Below, one piece after another: positions 61,581-64,000 of a DNA stretch of 64,000 bases; positions within the stretch are counted from its first letter, which is position 1; each line of letters begins with the position of its first letter. Source of the DNA: Octopus sinensis (lineage: Eukaryota); contig NW_021832004.1 of the NCBI RefSeq assembly GCF_006345805.1, forward strand, positions 17,246-81,245. Reading direction: 5' to 3'. A model generated the notes under the pieces. It saw nothing but the letters and a program-made list of their open reading frames with translations. It had not been told where the DNA came from and did not search any database. The position numbers and the translations under genes are program-made.

Positions 61581-62228
61581 TTAATTAGTATAGACCAAAG
61601 GTTCTCAACGGGGGCCGTTTGGAGCTCGGTGAGGGCGTTTTGGAGCAAAGGGGCACTAGGGAGGTGTTAAAAAGCTTGGAGCGCTGAAAGACCCTCACAT
61701 TTGATATCTTTAATTTGAAATTAACGAATAGCAGCCATATTTTCACATCTCTGTGGCAGACACTTCTAAAATAAAAACGTCTTTTATTTCAAATTTTCAA
61801 AAACTGAAGCACCTTTTCCATTTAAGCGACACCAAGCAAATTCCAGATATAGTGTGTAACTGGTGTCGCTAAAGTGAAACCCCAAAACAAAAACAAAAAC
61901 TAAAAGCAGATGAATAGTGACAGACAATTAAAAGAAAAAAATATGTGTGTATTGGTGTGATTGTGTGTGTGTGCGTGTGTGTGTATGTATGTGTGTGTGT
62001 GTGAGTGTGTGTACAAATATATAAAGAATGGTGGTCAAAATTTGGAACAAACAAACTGGCTTTCGTGAGTGGCTGATAGGTATGTATTTGTGTATATTTG
62101 TGTATGTATGGGTATGTTTCTATATATATTGCGTGTGTTGCCATTTTGATTTTCTTTCTGCGATCGAACTTAAACTGACCCCTAGCTATTAAAGACCGAA
62201 CACACACACACACACACATATACACACA

Positions 62229-62263
<35 letters not shown>

Positions 62264-62571
62264 ACACACACTTGTTTTAGATCTTGTACCAATTTGAACT
62301 GTAACCATGCACAAGATAACATGGTAAGTCTTATGTTCTGAAATTTTAATTTTGAATTTGTTTTAATTATAAAATTATACCCCAGCTAAAAGCTCATTTT
62401 TTGACTTTTTCAAAACAGAACCTTTTCTTTCTATTTCCATATTTTTTGTTAAGCCACAATTGCTCTGTTTTGGGAGTACCTCATTGTTTCATATGTTGAT
62501 GTGTATAAGTCAACAAAAACTAATGGAAAATCGGACACTAGCAAACACACAGACACACACGTGTATATATA

Positions 62572-62630
<59 letters not shown>

Positions 62631-62649
62631 TATATGTATGTATCTATAA

Positions 62650-62790
62650 AGGCGTAGGAGTGGCTGTGTGGTAAGTAGCTTGCTTCCCAACCACATGGTT
62701 CCCGGTTAGGGGTTAGGGTGTGTATGTGTTTGTGTGTCTGTGTTTATCCCCGCAACATCGCTTGACAACTAATGCTGCTGTGTTTACGTC
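62650..62790 (+). mobile_element. SINE family B with its core deleted
   Basis: ggcgtaggagtggctgtgtggtaag head joined via ttaggggttaggg to the (TG)n/catcgcttgac 3' part. Confidence 0.7.
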
Positions 62791-64000
62791 CCAAATACAT
62801 TTGTTGTATTTTTCAACACAAAAACTTTGGCTTTCAAGGTTTTTCCACGAAATGTAACATCACTTACCATTTTGCCCATAAAATGCAGCTTCTTTTCTGA
62901 AACACCTCGTGCAGTTTTCCTTTAAACTGTGTTTTCCTATTTTTCTCCATGTATATGTATTAATTATTGTGATATCACTGCCCGTATCCAATTGTAACTT
63001 GATATTCACATTATTCATTTTTACGGAGACAATTTTTTTTCTGAGTCTCGCTTTTTTCTAACAATACATTCTTTCTAAAAATTTCTTTCTGTTCGACCAT
63101 TTTTTTTTGTTTCGCAATATTGTGAGGTTTTATATCCGATTTTTCCACAATCAAAGCATTTATGATTTTTAAAATGACAGTTACTTTTAAAAGGTAAACC
63201 TTCGCACCTGTAGCACGGATTTGGTCTTGACGTTCGTTTTTCCTTTTTCTTATCTATTTCAGGACGACACGCATGTATCTGAGAGCAGTCTTTTATTTCA
63301 ATTTTATTTGCGCCATGTCTTAAAATTATAATCCTCTGGCATTCTTCAGCCACTGTCAGTAGAGCTAATTTTTGGTCCTGTTCTAATTTTGTTGATATAC
63401 GGAAACGTATATCAGCGTCTTTTCTTGCTGTTAACCCTTGAACATATATTAGACATTTGAACAAATCCGGGTTAATTAATTTAATCTGAATTTTTCACAC
63501 TCTCTGTTAATGACCCCAGTATAGGTGACGAAATCTTCATCTTTTTTAACTAAATTTAAACATTGCCAACGAGTTTCATTGGAAAGCCGCGATAACAAAA
63601 TAACTGTTTCATCGAATCAAATCTCACCTGATTTCTTCAGCAGAATATAGTTACAGTATTTTTGTTGATCGGCAGAGGATAACTTTTTTTAAAAGTAGTC
63701 GCACTTTCCTCATCATTCCAATTTTTACGTTCTTTGAAGATTTCTTCGTATCTTCGAAAATATGAAGAGAAAGAAATACCTTCTGGATTATAAATAAATT
63801 CTCCAATTGAATTTGTTACGCCGTCTGACGAGAACGAGCCTGAAGTATTTTCAGACTTCTTCAACAATATTTGTAGTAAGTGTTGATATTGTTGTCGTTG
63901 TAACTGCTGTTGTTGTTGTTGTTGCAACTGTACCATGCAAGCCAACAAATCTTCCATGTTAAATCATTTTTTCTTTAGTTTCGTACCAAACAAAAAAATT
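62791..64000 (-). mobile_element. Gypsy-type gag-protease remnant (continues to the window edge)
   Basis: MEDLLACMVQLQQQ...FSSYFRRYEEIF, FKCLIYVQGL, and degenerate knuckles CYRCEG..FKSNC / CFDCGKIGY; homologous to 47930-48670. Confidence 0.8.

Noticed and set aside
61595-61860. hAT-like TIR (caaaggttctcaac)
   Set aside because: No matching opposite TIR or 8-bp TSD found.

Overview
AT-rich eukaryotic DNA packed with microsatellites and retroelements. The two tRNA-derived SINE families resemble octopus OK/OR-type SINEs as I recall them, so a cephalopod (Octopus-like) origin is inferred, not verified. There are no prokaryotic genes, operons or CRISPR arrays. Mobile elements: five Tx1/L1-clade LINE copies, an RTE LINE, a Penelope-like element with two hammerhead motifs, several R4/Dong-type (RLE) LINE pieces, two Gypsy remnants, a DD37D (maT) transposon, a MITE and a probable non-autonomous Helitron. 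The only host-gene signal is a scattered set of + strand, mostly phase-1 exons encoding PAN/Apple-like domains, with 31-kb-spaced and sub-kb duplications. Most interesting observation: a full-length Tx1 LINE (29752-34869, minus) sits inside a tRNA-derived SINE, between its A and B boxes, with a ~14-bp target duplication. In addition, 184-bp SINE-body units that carry this LINE's 3' tail are stacked at exactly the same site in two separate arrays. This suggests a SINE-targeting LINE plus a self-targeting SINE. Caveat: many single-base frameshifts fall in homopolymers and could be assembly errors.
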